From an uncultured Gammaproteobacteria bacterium (lineage in GTDB: Bacteria; Patescibacteriota; Microgenomatia; UBA1406; GWC2-37-13): a stretch of 64,000 bases of DNA. How positions within the stretch are numbered: the stretch's first letter is position 1; each line of letters opens with the position of its first letter. Made by a program: the position numbers and the translations under genes. The notes below the pieces were generated by a model. The model saw nothing but the letters and a program-made list of their open reading frames with translations, searched no databases and had not been told where the DNA came from. The DNA lies in the NCBI GenBank assembly GCA_964433155.1, contig CAYSQE010000003.1, positions 12,061 through 76,060 on the forward strand. Reading direction: 5' to 3'. Shown piece after piece: positions 1 to 10,305 of this stretch.

Positions 1-975
1 CAGTATCAGCAATCTCTGCCAAAATACTTTAGGCGATACCAAATCCAGAATGTTTTTAGAGCGGATAAACCCCAAAAGGGAAGATACAGGGAATTTACAC
101 AATGCGATATAGATATTTTCAATTCTATCTTACCTGTATCTGATGCAGAAATTCTCACAACCACTTATTTTGCTTTCAAAAACGTGGGGTATCCACAAAT
201 AACTATTCTTATCAATGATCGCCAAATTCTTTTTCAATACCTCAAACCTTATGAATCTCCTAAACTTAGCATTTTTTCTCTTATTCAAAGCGTCGATAAG
301 TTAGATAAAATTGGAAAAGAAGGAATAGTCGAAGAATTAGCAAAAAAAGGCTTGAATAAAAAGAAAGCTCAAGAAGCAATTGATTCAATTTCAAATGCGC
401 AAATCTCAAAAAATCTAAAAGATATCATCGACTTTTCAGTCGCCTTGGGACTCCCAAAAAAGGATATTAGATTCTTACCAACTCTTGCAAGAGGCTTAGA
501 CTATTACACCGGTATGATCTATGAGATAGTTTTGCCTGGCTTTGACCAAGGCTCATGTGCCGGAGGCGGAAGATATGATAAATTGATTGAGCAACTTGGT
601 GGAGCCGTTATACCAGCCGTTGGCGTTGCATTCGGTTTTGATAGAATGGTCGAGGCGTTAGACTATTTTAAAATTTCAACAAAAGAAACAAAGGGGGCAC
701 AAGTTCTTGTCACCTTATTTAACCAAGAAACTATCGCACGGTCACTCCAAGTGGCTTTCAAACTTCGAACAAATGGCATTAAGACAGAAGTATTTCCAGC
801 TCTAGACAGGCTTGACAAACAACTCAAATACGCCGATAAAAGAGGAATCCCGTATGTTATAATCGTCGGCCCAGATGAGGCCAAAAAAAATTTAGTTAAA
901 CTCAAGAATATGAAGACAGGAAAGCAGAAAGAACTCTCCAAGACCGATCTTATCGATTTTCTTAGCGCCAATTAG
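1..975 (+). CDS. hisS: Histidine--tRNA ligase, C-terminal part (5' end lies outside the window)
   Basis: Frame 1 is open from nt 1. It reads QYQQSLPKYFRRYQIQNVFRADKPQKGRYREFTQCDIDIF (HisRS motif 2) and runs through the ORF-track GTG at 184. GGGRYD region and C-terminal anticodon-binding domain (KYADKRGIPYVIIVGPDE) are present. Confidence 0.9.
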   Translation, partial: QYQQSLPKYFRRYQIQNVFRADKPQKGRYREFTQCDIDIFNSILPVSDAEILTTTYFAFKNVGYPQITILINDRQILFQYLKPYESPKLSIFSLIQSVDKLDKIGKEGIVEELAKKGLNKKKAQEAIDSISNAQISKNLKDIIDFSVALGLPKKDIRFLPTLARGLDYYTGMIYEIVLPGFDQGSCAGGGRYDKLIEQLGGAVIPAVGVAFGFDRMVEALDYFKISTKETKGAQVLVTLFNQETIARSLQVAFKLRTNGIKTEVFPALDRLDKQLKYADKRGIPYVIIVGPDEAKKNLVKLKNMKTGKQKELSKTDLIDFLSAN

Positions 976-1004
976 TCTTATTAGTCTAATTAGACCTATT
1001 AGAT
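971..1004. repeat. Tandem 9-mer spacer repeat ATTAGTCTT/ATTAGTCTA/ATTAGACCT/ATTAGAT
   Basis: Read directly: attagtctt attagtcta attagacct attagat fills the whole hisS-RF spacer. It puts TAG/TAA stops in several frames. The 10-mer CTTATTAGTC recurs at 5580-5589, upstream of gyrA. Confidence 0.7.
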
Positions 1005-1691
1005 ATGACAATCAATCCCAATGTAGCCATTATCGAGGCAACACCCGGCGTCGGCGGAGATGAAGCAAAGCTCTGGATGAAAGAACTACTCTTGTCATAT
1101 ATTCGCTTTGGTCAAAAACATGCATTCAAATTTGTCTATCTTGACGATAATATTATAAAAATTACAGGCGAAAACGCATTTAAACTTTTTAGAGGCGAAA
1201 CGGGTGTCCATCGCGTACAAAGAATACCTCAAACCGAAAGAAGGGGCCGAATTCACACTTCAACTGCAGTTATTGTTGTCCTTCCTCAAATTATCCAGTC
1301 TGATGTTAGGATAAATCACTCTGATCTCGAATGGCAATTTTTCAGAAGCGGCGGCCATGGAGGTCAAAATGTCAACAAAGTTTCAACAGCAGTACGCCTG
1401 AGTCATAAACCCTCGGGAATCGTTGTAACTGCAAGCAGAGAGCGTTATCAGGAAGCAAATCGCAAAATAGCCATGGATCTACTCCTTGGGAAAATCTATC
1501 AGCTCGAGGAAGAAAAGAAAAAAGGAATGGTGCATTCATATGTCAAAGATGTAGGCACAGGTGAAAGAGCCGAGAAAATTAGAACCTATAATTTTCCTCA
1601 AAACAGGCTTACAGATCACAGAATTGGCAAGAGTTATTACAACCTTGAACAGATCATTGAAGAAGGGAAATGGGAAAAAGTTCTGGTATAA
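1005..1691 (+). CDS. prfA: Class I peptide chain release factor, RF1-like, lacking N-terminal domain 1
   Basis: GGQ motif (FRSGGHGGQNVNKVSTAVRL). The decoding region RVQRIPQTERRGRIHTSTA is of the RF1 PxT type, not the RF2 SPF type. Only 228 aa; it starts at the domain-2 segment (IEATPGVGGDEAKLW). hisS ends 30 nt upstream, so no missing exon or ORF is available. Confidence 0.8.
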   Translation: MTINPNVAIIEATPGVGGDEAKLWMKELLLSYIRFGQKHAFKFVYLDDNIIKITGENAFKLFRGETGVHRVQRIPQTERRGRIHTSTAVIVVLPQIIQSDVRINHSDLEWQFFRSGGHGGQNVNKVSTAVRLSHKPSGIVVTASRERYQEANRKIAMDLLLGKIYQLEEEKKKGMVHSYVKDVGTGERAEKIRTYNFPQNRLTDHRIGKSYYNLEQIIEEGKWEKVLV

Positions 1692-1694
1692 TAA

Positions 1695-2003
1695 ATGCCT
1701 ATGAAACCCAACATTCATCCAACTTACTATAGTAATTGTATCGTAACGTGTTCATCCTGCGGCAATACATTCACAACTGGCTCAACCAAACAATCCATTT
1801 CGGTTGAGGTGTGCTACCGATGTCATCCATTCTATACAGGTGAACATAGATTTTTGGATGTAAAGGGCAGAGTGGACACATTCCAAAAAAAACAAGAAAT
1901 TGCAAAACAATATCAAACCAGAGCGTCTTCAAAAAAACGTAAAAAAGTGCAAAAGGATGAAAAACAACCCAAAACTCTACGCGAGTTGCTAAGTGAAACC
2001 TGA
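1695..2003 (+). CDS. rpmE: 50S ribosomal protein L31 (Zn-ribbon type) with Lys-rich C-terminal tail
   Basis: MKPNIHPTYY, CSSCGNTF and CYRCHPFYTG signatures. True start may be ATG 1701. About 35 extra basic residues at the C-terminus. Confidence 0.9.
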   Translation: MPMKPNIHPTYYSNCIVTCSSCGNTFTTGSTKQSISVEVCYRCHPFYTGEHRFLDVKGRVDTFQKKQEIAKQYQTRASSKKRKKVQKDEKQPKTLRELLSET

Positions 2004-2121
2004 TGTGATAGAATAAAAAATTCACTAAGACTCTAGGCTTATCCCTATTTCGTCGGGATTGTAAGAATTTAAATTTTCCTGGAGGAGATCGCTCCGAATC
2101 GGAGGGTGAAAGTGAAAATCC
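2004..2121 (+). promoter_or_regulatory. Putative structured 5' leader of rplJ-rplL (L10-leader-like)
   Basis: 118-nt non-coding gap directly upstream of rplJ. Local stem ATCCC-N9-GGGAT (2041-2059) and palindrome CTCCGAaTCGGAG (2092-2104). The position matches known L10 autoregulatory leaders; the fold is not verified. Confidence 0.35.
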
Positions 2122-2661
2122 ATGATTTATCAAGAAAAACTTAATTTTGTTCTGAAGCTTCAAGACTTACTTTCAAAGAACCGAAATTTTGTCCTGGTTA
2201 AAATAGGAGAAACAAGTCATCAAACATTAGAGAGACTTCGTAAAGAGTTAAAGAAAACTAAGGGTTTTTTTAAAGTAACTAAAAATGCTCTCTTTGAAAA
2301 AGCAATAAATAAAATTGCCACAAAGGATAAACTATTCAGAGATATAAAAAAAACTTTTTTGCCTCTCACAGAAACTAGTGCACTCTTTATCCTTGACAAA
2401 GAGTGGAACAAGGGGCTTCATGTATTTTACGATTTTATAAAAAAAGAAACATCTCTCTCATTTAAATTTGGACTTCTGGATGGGAAATCTTATAAAAGTG
2501 ACGAACTATTACGTATAGCAAAACTACCTGCAAAAGATCAACTCATTGCCCAGATAATTGGTTCTTTCAAATCGCCAACTTCACACTTCGTTTATTCGCT
2601 GAAATACAACCTTACAAAACTTGTTTATTTATTAAATGAAAAATCAAGGAAGGGAAGGTGA
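2122..2661 (+). CDS. rplJ: 50S ribosomal protein L10
   Basis: L10-like N-terminus ([40 protein letters not shown]...[11 protein letters not shown]). Directly precedes rplL. Confidence 0.85.
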   Translation: MIYQEKLNFVLKLQDLLSKNRNFVLVKIGETSHQTLERLRKELKKTKGFFKVTKNALFEKAINKIATKDKLFRDIKKTFLPLTETSALFILDKEWNKGLHVFYDFIKKETSLSFKFGLLDGKSYKSDELLRIAKLPAKDQLIAQIIGSFKSPTSHFVYSLKYNLTKLVYLLNEKSRKGR

Positions 2662-2666
2662 TAAAA

Positions 2667-3071
2667 ATGTCAGACACAAAACTATCAGAAAAACTACAAA
2701 AGCTTGCAAAAGAAATTGAAGCTCTAACCGTCGTTGATATGGCGGAATTGGCTAAATATCTAGAAGACAAATTTGGTGTCTCAGCTATGCCTGCAGTATC
2801 AGCTCCGGTAGCTGGTCAGTCCGCCTCCGCGACTGCTTCGACGGACAAGGAAGAAAAATCGACTTTTACGGTTGTACTAGCAGCATCAGGCGACAATAAA
2901 CTCGGAGTGATCAAAGCTGTGCGAGAAATTCAACCAAATCTTGGCCTTATGGAGGCTAAGAAACTGGTTGAGTCTGCTCCCAAAGAACTTCTCAAAGATG
3001 TTAAAAAGGACGAAGCAGAAGGAGCCAAGAAGAAGATTGAGGCGGCTGGGGGAAAGGTTGAATTAAAGTAA
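2667..3071 (+). CDS. rplL: 50S ribosomal protein L7/L12
   Basis: Ala/Ser-rich hinge plus C-terminal domain [42 protein letters not shown] 2667 is preceded by GGAAGGGAAGG; the ORF track starts at GTG 2658. Confidence 0.9.
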   Translation: MSDTKLSEKLQKLAKEIEALTVVDMAELAKYLEDKFGVSAMPAVSAPVAGQSASATASTDKEEKSTFTVVLAASGDNKLGVIKAVREIQPNLGLMEAKKLVESAPKELLKDVKKDEAEGAKKKIEAAGGKVELK

Positions 3072-3074
3072 TAA

Positions 3075-5033
<1,959 letters not shown>

Positions 5034-5055
5034 ATTATTAATTTAAATTTTAACT

Positions 5056-5568
5056 ATGAATCTATCAAAGCTTTCCTCAGGTAAAAATCCTCCTGAAGAA
5101 ATTAATGTATTGATCGAAATACCACAGGGATCCTTTATAAAGTATGAGATGGATAAAGAAGACGGCTACATCCACGTTGACAGATTTTCCTACACATCCA
5201 TGGCCTTTCCTGGCAACTACGGCTTTATTCCTAATACTCACGGAGAAGACGGCGACCCTCTCGATGTCCTACTCATCGCAACCTATCCTGTGCAGTCAGG
5301 AACGGTTGTTCCAGCTCGTGTTATTGGCATGCTGGAGATGGAAGATGAAGCTGGTGTTGACACAAAAATTATCGCGGTTCCGACCAAAAAAGTAGACCCA
5401 TTTTATTCTCACGTCGAAGATATAGCCGACCTTGACGAAACCTTAAAGAAAAAAATACAGCATTATTTTAACCATTATAAAGAACTAGAGCCTGGAAAAT
5501 GGGTGAAAACTAGAAATTTTCTTGCCAAGGAAAAAGCTCTTGAGGCTGTAAAAAAGGCCTTCAAATAA
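5056..5568 (+). CDS. ppa: Inorganic pyrophosphatase (family I)
   Basis: NVLIEIPQGS..KYE, YGFIPNTHGEDGDPLDVLL and DTKIIAVP motifs; 170 aa. Confidence 0.9.
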   Translation: MNLSKLSSGKNPPEEINVLIEIPQGSFIKYEMDKEDGYIHVDRFSYTSMAFPGNYGFIPNTHGEDGDPLDVLLIATYPVQSGTVVPARVIGMLEMEDEAGVDTKIIAVPTKKVDPFYSHVEDIADLDETLKKKIQHYFNHYKELEPGKWVKTRNFLAKEKALEAVKKAFK

Positions 5569-5593
5569 GACTTATTTGACTTATTAGTCCAAT

Positions 5594-8071
5594 ATGACCA
5601 ACATTCAAAATACCGAGATCACTTCTGAAATGAAGCGAGCGTACCTTGATTACGCAATGAGCGTAATAGTATCTCGTGCGCTGCCTGATGTGAAAGATGG
5701 TCTAAAACCGGTTCATAGAAGGATCCTTTATGCAATGTATAAGATGGGCCTTACTTCAACTGCAAGATTTTCTAAGTCGGCAAAAGTCGTCGGTGAAGTG
5801 TTAGGTAAATACCATCCCCATGGAGATGCGCCTGTTTACGAATCATTGGTCCGCATGGCGCAGGATTTTTCTATGCGCTATCCATTGGTGCGCGGTCAAG
5901 GCAACTTTGGATCAGTAGATGGAGATCCTCCAGCAGCTATGCGCTATACCGAGGTCAAACTCACAAAAATTGCCGATGAGATGATGTTTGATATAGAAAA
6001 GGAGACAGTAGGTTGGACCGAGAATTTTGACGGAACCCTAAAAGAACCTCTGTTTTTACCTGCTAAACTCCCAAATCTTCTTCTCATGGGAGCCGAAGGT
6101 ATCGCTGTCGGCATGGCAACTAAGATTCCACCTCATAATCTAACTGAAATAGTAGATGCAACATGCGCAATTATAGACAAAATCACAACAACCTCAAAAA
6201 AAGAAATGACTGCTGAAAATCTCTTATTCAATGCTACGATAGAAGATTTATTACAGTTGGTCAAAGGGCCAGACTTCCCAACATCGGGAATAATTTACGG
6301 TGCAAATGATATAAAACAAGCCTATACCACAGGCCGAGGATCAATTCTTATCCGTGCAAAGGTCGACGACGAAGATATCGGTAAAGGAAAAACGGCAATC
6401 ATCGTAAAGGAAATTCCTTATCAAGTAAATAAATCCACATTGGTTGAAAAAATCGCTCGCTTGGCAAATGATAAAAAAATTGTCGGAATTTCAGACCTAC
6501 GCGATGAGTCTAATCGAGAAGGAATAAGAATTGTCATAGAGTTAAAACGTGACGCCTCTTACAGAAAGGTTCTTAATAACTTATTTAAATTCACCGAACT
6601 TCAGACGTCATTTCCCATTAATATGGTTGCCCTAGTCGACGGGGTTCCTCAGACTCTCTCGATTAAATCAATACTTGAACACTATGTCAGACACAGAGTG
6701 AAGATGGTTACTCTCCGATCTGAATTTGAGCTAAGACAAGCTAGAGCGCGCGCCCATATTTTAGAAGGATATCTTATTGCACTCGATCATATTGATGAGG
6801 TCATTGAAACAATCAAAAAATCAAAAGACGAGCCAGAAGCGAAACAAAAATTGGTAAAAAAATTCGGACTCAGCGAGATTCAAGCTCAGGCCATTCTAGA
6901 CATGCAACTCAAACGCCTCACTGGCCTTGAGAGGGACAAAATAGAAGATGAGTTATCAATGCTGAAAGAGACGATAGCCTATCTTGAAGGACTTTTGAAA
7001 GATATATTTAAAATTTTAAAGGTTATCAAAGATGAACTGCTCTACATAAAAAGGAAGTATGGAGATGAGAGAAAAACACAGATCATCAAAAATAAACCTG
7101 GTGAGATAACCGACGAGCAGCTCTTTGAGAATAAAGAGGTTATCATTGTTATGACACGAGAAGGCTACATCAAGCAGGTACCAAGAGAGTCATTCAAGGT
7201 TCAAAATAGAGGGGGAAAAGGTGTGAGTGGTATAGAAACGAAAGAGTCAGACAATGTATATTATATAACTTCCTCCATGACGCACGACTACATGCTTTTT
7301 TTCACCAATCAAGGAAGGATCTTCCAAACACGAGTTTGGGAAATTCCCCAGGGCTCTCGAATTTCAAAGGGAAAGGCAATTGTAAATCTCTTGACACTTC
7401 GACCCGAGGAGAAAGTCACGTCAATACTCACCTATGACCAGACTACTTTAGAAGCCGGAGAAAAATTATTTATTCTCATGGCGACTAAATTAGGCACCGT
7501 AAAAAAAACTCCATTCAACGACTTTGCCAATATTAGATCTAACGGAATAATCTCTATTAAACTCGAGCCTCAGGATGAATTGCTTTGGGTTAATCTGACT
7601 GATGGAAAGAAGAATGTCATCCTAACCTCTAGAGGTGGAAAAGCAATTGTTTTTAAGGAGCCCGAAATCAGACCTACCGGTAGATCGTCTATAGGAGTCA
7701 GAGGCATGGATTTGGAAGAGGCCGACTTTGTCACAGCCGCAGACGTTTTTTCGGATGACGAATTTAAAAAAAATATCCTGGTGCTAGGAGAAATGGGTGT
7801 GGGAAAAAAAACCAAACTCTCTTTTTTCAAGGGTCAACATCGCGGTGGTAAGGGAGTAAAGATAGCCTCTGTCGATAAAAAAATGGGTCAAATTTGTTTT
7901 GTACAGATTATTAATCCAGAAAAGACCACCGCCATCATCACCAGCTCAGAAGGACAGGTAGTCAAAATACCTGTTCAAGCTATTCCTTCACGCTCTCGAA
8001 CAGCTAAGGGAGTTATTCTCATGCGTTTTTCTCAATCTGAAGATAAGGTTGTAAGCGCAACCCTCGTGTGA
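5594..8071 (+). CDS. gyrA: DNA gyrase subunit A
   Basis: [14 protein letters not shown], catalytic region [10 protein letters not shown], GyrA-box-like [10 protein letters not shown], and C-terminal beta-pinwheel repeats. Confidence 0.95.
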   Translation: MTNIQNTEITSEMKRAYLDYAMSVIVSRALPDVKDGLKPVHRRILYAMYKMGLTSTARFSKSAKVVGEVLGKYHPHGDAPVYESLVRMAQDFSMRYPLVRGQGNFGSVDGDPPAAMRYTEVKLTKIADEMMFDIEKETVGWTENFDGTLKEPLFLPAKLPNLLLMGAEGIAVGMATKIPPHNLTEIVDATCAIIDKITTTSKKEMTAENLLFNATIEDLLQLVKGPDFPTSGIIYGANDIKQAYTTGRGSILIRAKVDDEDIGKGKTAIIVKEIPYQVNKSTLVEKIARLANDKKIVGISDLRDESNREGIRIVIELKRDASYRKVLNNLFKFTELQTSFPINMVALVDGVPQTLSIKSILEHYVRHRVKMVTLRSEFELRQARARAHILEGYLIALDHIDEVIETIKKSKDEPEAKQKLVKKFGLSEIQAQAILDMQLKRLTGLERDKIEDELSMLKETIAYLEGLLKDIFKILKVIKDELLYIKRKYGDERKTQIIKNKPGEITDEQLFENKEVIIVMTREGYIKQVPRESFKVQNRGGKGVSGIETKESDNVYYITSSMTHDYMLFFTNQGRIFQTRVWEIPQGSRISKGKAIVNLLTLRPEEKVTSILTYDQTTLEAGEKLFILMATKLGTVKKTPFNDFANIRSNGIISIKLEPQDELLWVNLTDGKKNVILTSRGGKAIVFKEPEIRPTGRSSIGVRGMDLEEADFVTAADVFSDDEFKKNILVLGEMGVGKKTKLSFFKGQHRGGKGVKIASVDKKMGQICFVQIINPEKTTAIITSSEGQVVKIPVQAIPSRSRTAKGVILMRFSQSEDKVVSATLV

Positions 8072-8083
8072 TAAAATTATAGG

Positions 8084-8956
8084 GTGGAAATTGCCGGTAC
8101 AAAAATAGCCAAAGCGCTCGAAAAACTCCTTAAAAAAGAAGTAAAAAAACTAGGTAAAAAAAAACCGCTTAAACTTGTCACTTTTCTAGTTGGCAAGGCT
8201 AGTGATCAACTATCATATGTGAAGATCAAAGCAAAAACAGCCAGAAAGCTGGGAATTGTCTTTGAACTTATTCATTTAAGGTCGACTCCATCATTTGAAG
8301 ACTTTATGCATCATATTAAAAAAAAATCTCAGGATCCAAAAACTACTGGAATAATTATCCAACAGCCATTACCAGCCCAACTTTCATCCGATACAATCTA
8401 TGAATATATACCAACAACTAAAGAAATAGAAGGTCATAAACGTAAAACGCCATTTTTACCACCAATTGGACTGTCGGTTATGACGTTGCTTAAATATATC
8501 TTTAGTAAACCAAAAAGATCCAGCGAATTATTCGTAGATGTGGAGACAGAAAAAAGTTTATTTAAAAAAATGTTCAGAAACAAAAAAGTAGTTTTAGTAG
8601 GAAGAGGTATCACGGGTGGACACCCAATTGGAAAAACTTTAACTGAATCACGAATAAATTTTATAAATATTAACTCACAAACTCCTGAACCAGAAACATA
8701 TTTCAAAGAATCAGACATCATTATTACAGCGGTCGGTAAAAAAATCCTGAAACCAGAAATGCTCAAACCAGGAGTTGTCCTTATCAATATAGGTTTGCGA
8801 AGAGAAGGTGGGAAATTGAAAGGAGACTATGATGAAAAAGAGGTAAGGGATTTGGCTGGATTCTACACTCCAACGCCGGGAGGAATCGGTCCAATTGATA
8901 TACTCTATCTCTACAAAAATCTTATCGAGGCGGCCAAAATGCAGAAAAGTCAGTAG
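8084..8956 (+). CDS. folD: Bifunctional methylenetetrahydrofolate dehydrogenase/cyclohydrolase
   Basis: VVLVGRGITGGHPIG, INIG and TPTPGGIGPID motifs; GTG start. Confidence 0.8.
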   Translation: MEIAGTKIAKALEKLLKKEVKKLGKKKPLKLVTFLVGKASDQLSYVKIKAKTARKLGIVFELIHLRSTPSFEDFMHHIKKKSQDPKTTGIIIQQPLPAQLSSDTIYEYIPTTKEIEGHKRKTPFLPPIGLSVMTLLKYIFSKPKRSSELFVDVETEKSLFKKMFRNKKVVLVGRGITGGHPIGKTLTESRINFININSQTPEPETYFKESDIIITAVGKKILKPEMLKPGVVLINIGLRREGGKLKGDYDEKEVRDLAGFYTPTPGGIGPIDILYLYKNLIEAAKMQKSQ

Positions 8957-9035
8957 TTATTAGCTAGTAGTTCATAGTAAAAATAAAGTTGTCCGTCTAC
9001 TAACTACTCACTACAAACTACTAACTGATAAAATT

Positions 9036-9932
9036 ATGCCTAAGATTTTCATCATTACTGGTCAAACTGCAACTGGTAAAACAAAACTTGCTCTTAAGTA
9101 TGTAAAGAAGTATCGCGGAGAACTCATAAACTGCGATTCAAGACAGATTTATAAACACCTAGATATTATAACTGGAAAAGATTTGACCCATAAACACTGG
9201 CTTTACGACATGGTTGATCCTGAGGAACATTTTTCTTCTTATGACTTTAAAAGACTAGCTATGCCGCTAATAAGAGATATTTTAAAAAAAGGTAAGACAC
9301 CTATCATTGTAGGTGGGACCTATTTTTACCTTTTTCATCTCCTTTATGAGGTTGAAACTGAAGAAATTCCAGCAAATTGGAGGTTGCGCAAAAAATTAGA
9401 AAAGAATTCAGTTGTCGAGCTCCAAAATATCTATAAAACTATAAGTCTTCAATCGTTTAATCGATTAAACGCAAGCGAAAAAAATAACCCACAACGCTTA
9501 ATTAGAAAGATTGAAATTGCAATGTACTACCAAAGTCAGCCTGAACTTGTTTCAGGATCTGAAATCAGATTCCGAAATAAATTCGGAATGACATTAAATA
9601 GGAAACTCAACTTTCCCAACCTAGAAATCGGCCTTATCGGACTCAAATTCAAAGAAAAAGATGATCTGCGGAAAGCGATTGAAAAAAGAGTAGAGGAGAG
9701 ATTGCAGCTTGGCGCAATCGACGAGGTCAAAAAACTTCTAAAAATGGGCTATAAAGAGACCTCTCCTGGTCTAAAAACAATCGGTTATCAACAGCTAATA
9801 TTACACCTGAAAGGTGCAATTGATCTTGATACTGCAATCCATAAATGGATTAACAAAGAAGTCCAGTATGCCAAAAGGCAGTATACCTTTATGAAGAAGG
9901 ATAAAAACATAAATTGGCATGAGATAGAATAG
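9036..9932 (+). CDS. miaA: tRNA dimethylallyltransferase
   Basis: P-loop IITGQTATGKTKLAL followed by INCDSRQIYKHLDIITGK and PIIVGGTYFY. Confidence 0.85.
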   Translation: MPKIFIITGQTATGKTKLALKYVKKYRGELINCDSRQIYKHLDIITGKDLTHKHWLYDMVDPEEHFSSYDFKRLAMPLIRDILKKGKTPIIVGGTYFYLFHLLYEVETEEIPANWRLRKKLEKNSVVELQNIYKTISLQSFNRLNASEKNNPQRLIRKIEIAMYYQSQPELVSGSEIRFRNKFGMTLNRKLNFPNLEIGLIGLKFKEKDDLRKAIEKRVEERLQLGAIDEVKKLLKMGYKETSPGLKTIGYQQLILHLKGAIDLDTAIHKWINKEVQYAKRQYTFMKKDKNINWHEIE

Positions 9933-9941
9933 AGCATCTTG

Positions 9942-9970
9942 TTGACATATTATAAACCTATTGATATACT
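9942..9970 (+). promoter_or_regulatory. Near-consensus sigma70-type promoter (TTGACA-17 nt-TGaTATACT)
   Basis: TTGACA at 9942-9947, a 17-nt spacer, and an extended -10 TGATATACT ending at 9970. ATG 9980 lies only 10 nt after the -10, implying a leaderless or near-leaderless mRNA. Confidence 0.5.
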
Positions 9971-9979
9971 AGAGCACTT

Positions 9980-10297
9980 ATGATTGAGTCAACAAATCAA
10001 TTCGATGTTGAAGCAGAAGCAAGAAAACAAGCAGAAAATAATCTAATGACTAGAGTTGTTGTTAGATTCGGTCCGGATTTTCTTTTACGAGCAGTTCAGC
10101 ATGGTTTTAGAAAACAAGCTAATCAAGGACCAAACGGAGAAACCCTTTTAAACTACCAACAAAAATTAGAAAGAGAAAAACTTCCACATGATGTAAATAC
10201 AGTAATAGCATTATATAGCCTTGTAAACGAATATACTGCAGATAAATTAAACGCTGAACTTGGTAGAAGAGCATTTATAAGAGCTCATCGTCGCTAA
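9980..10297 (+). CDS. Hypothetical small soluble protein (105 aa)
   Basis: ORF with its own strong promoter. No recognisable motif. Ends 8 nt from the convergent lepA stop. Confidence 0.5.
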   Translation: MIESTNQFDVEAEARKQAENNLMTRVVVRFGPDFLLRAVQHGFRKQANQGPNGETLLNYQQKLEREKLPHDVNTVIALYSLVNEYTADKLNAELGRRAFIRAHRR

Positions 10298-10305
10298 TTT
10301 TGAAC

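Noticed and set aside
971-1004. Short tandem repeats (here and at 12231-12265, 62849-62880 and 46350-46380) as CRISPR arrays.
   Set aside because: The units are 7-16 nt and directly adjacent with no spacers. There are no cas genes. This is not CRISPR architecture.
8957-9035. Inverted AGTAGTT/AACTACT words after folD as an intrinsic terminator.
   Set aside because: Only a 7-bp AT-rich stem with a long loop and no downstream T-tract. It more likely belongs to the word-stutter spacer class.
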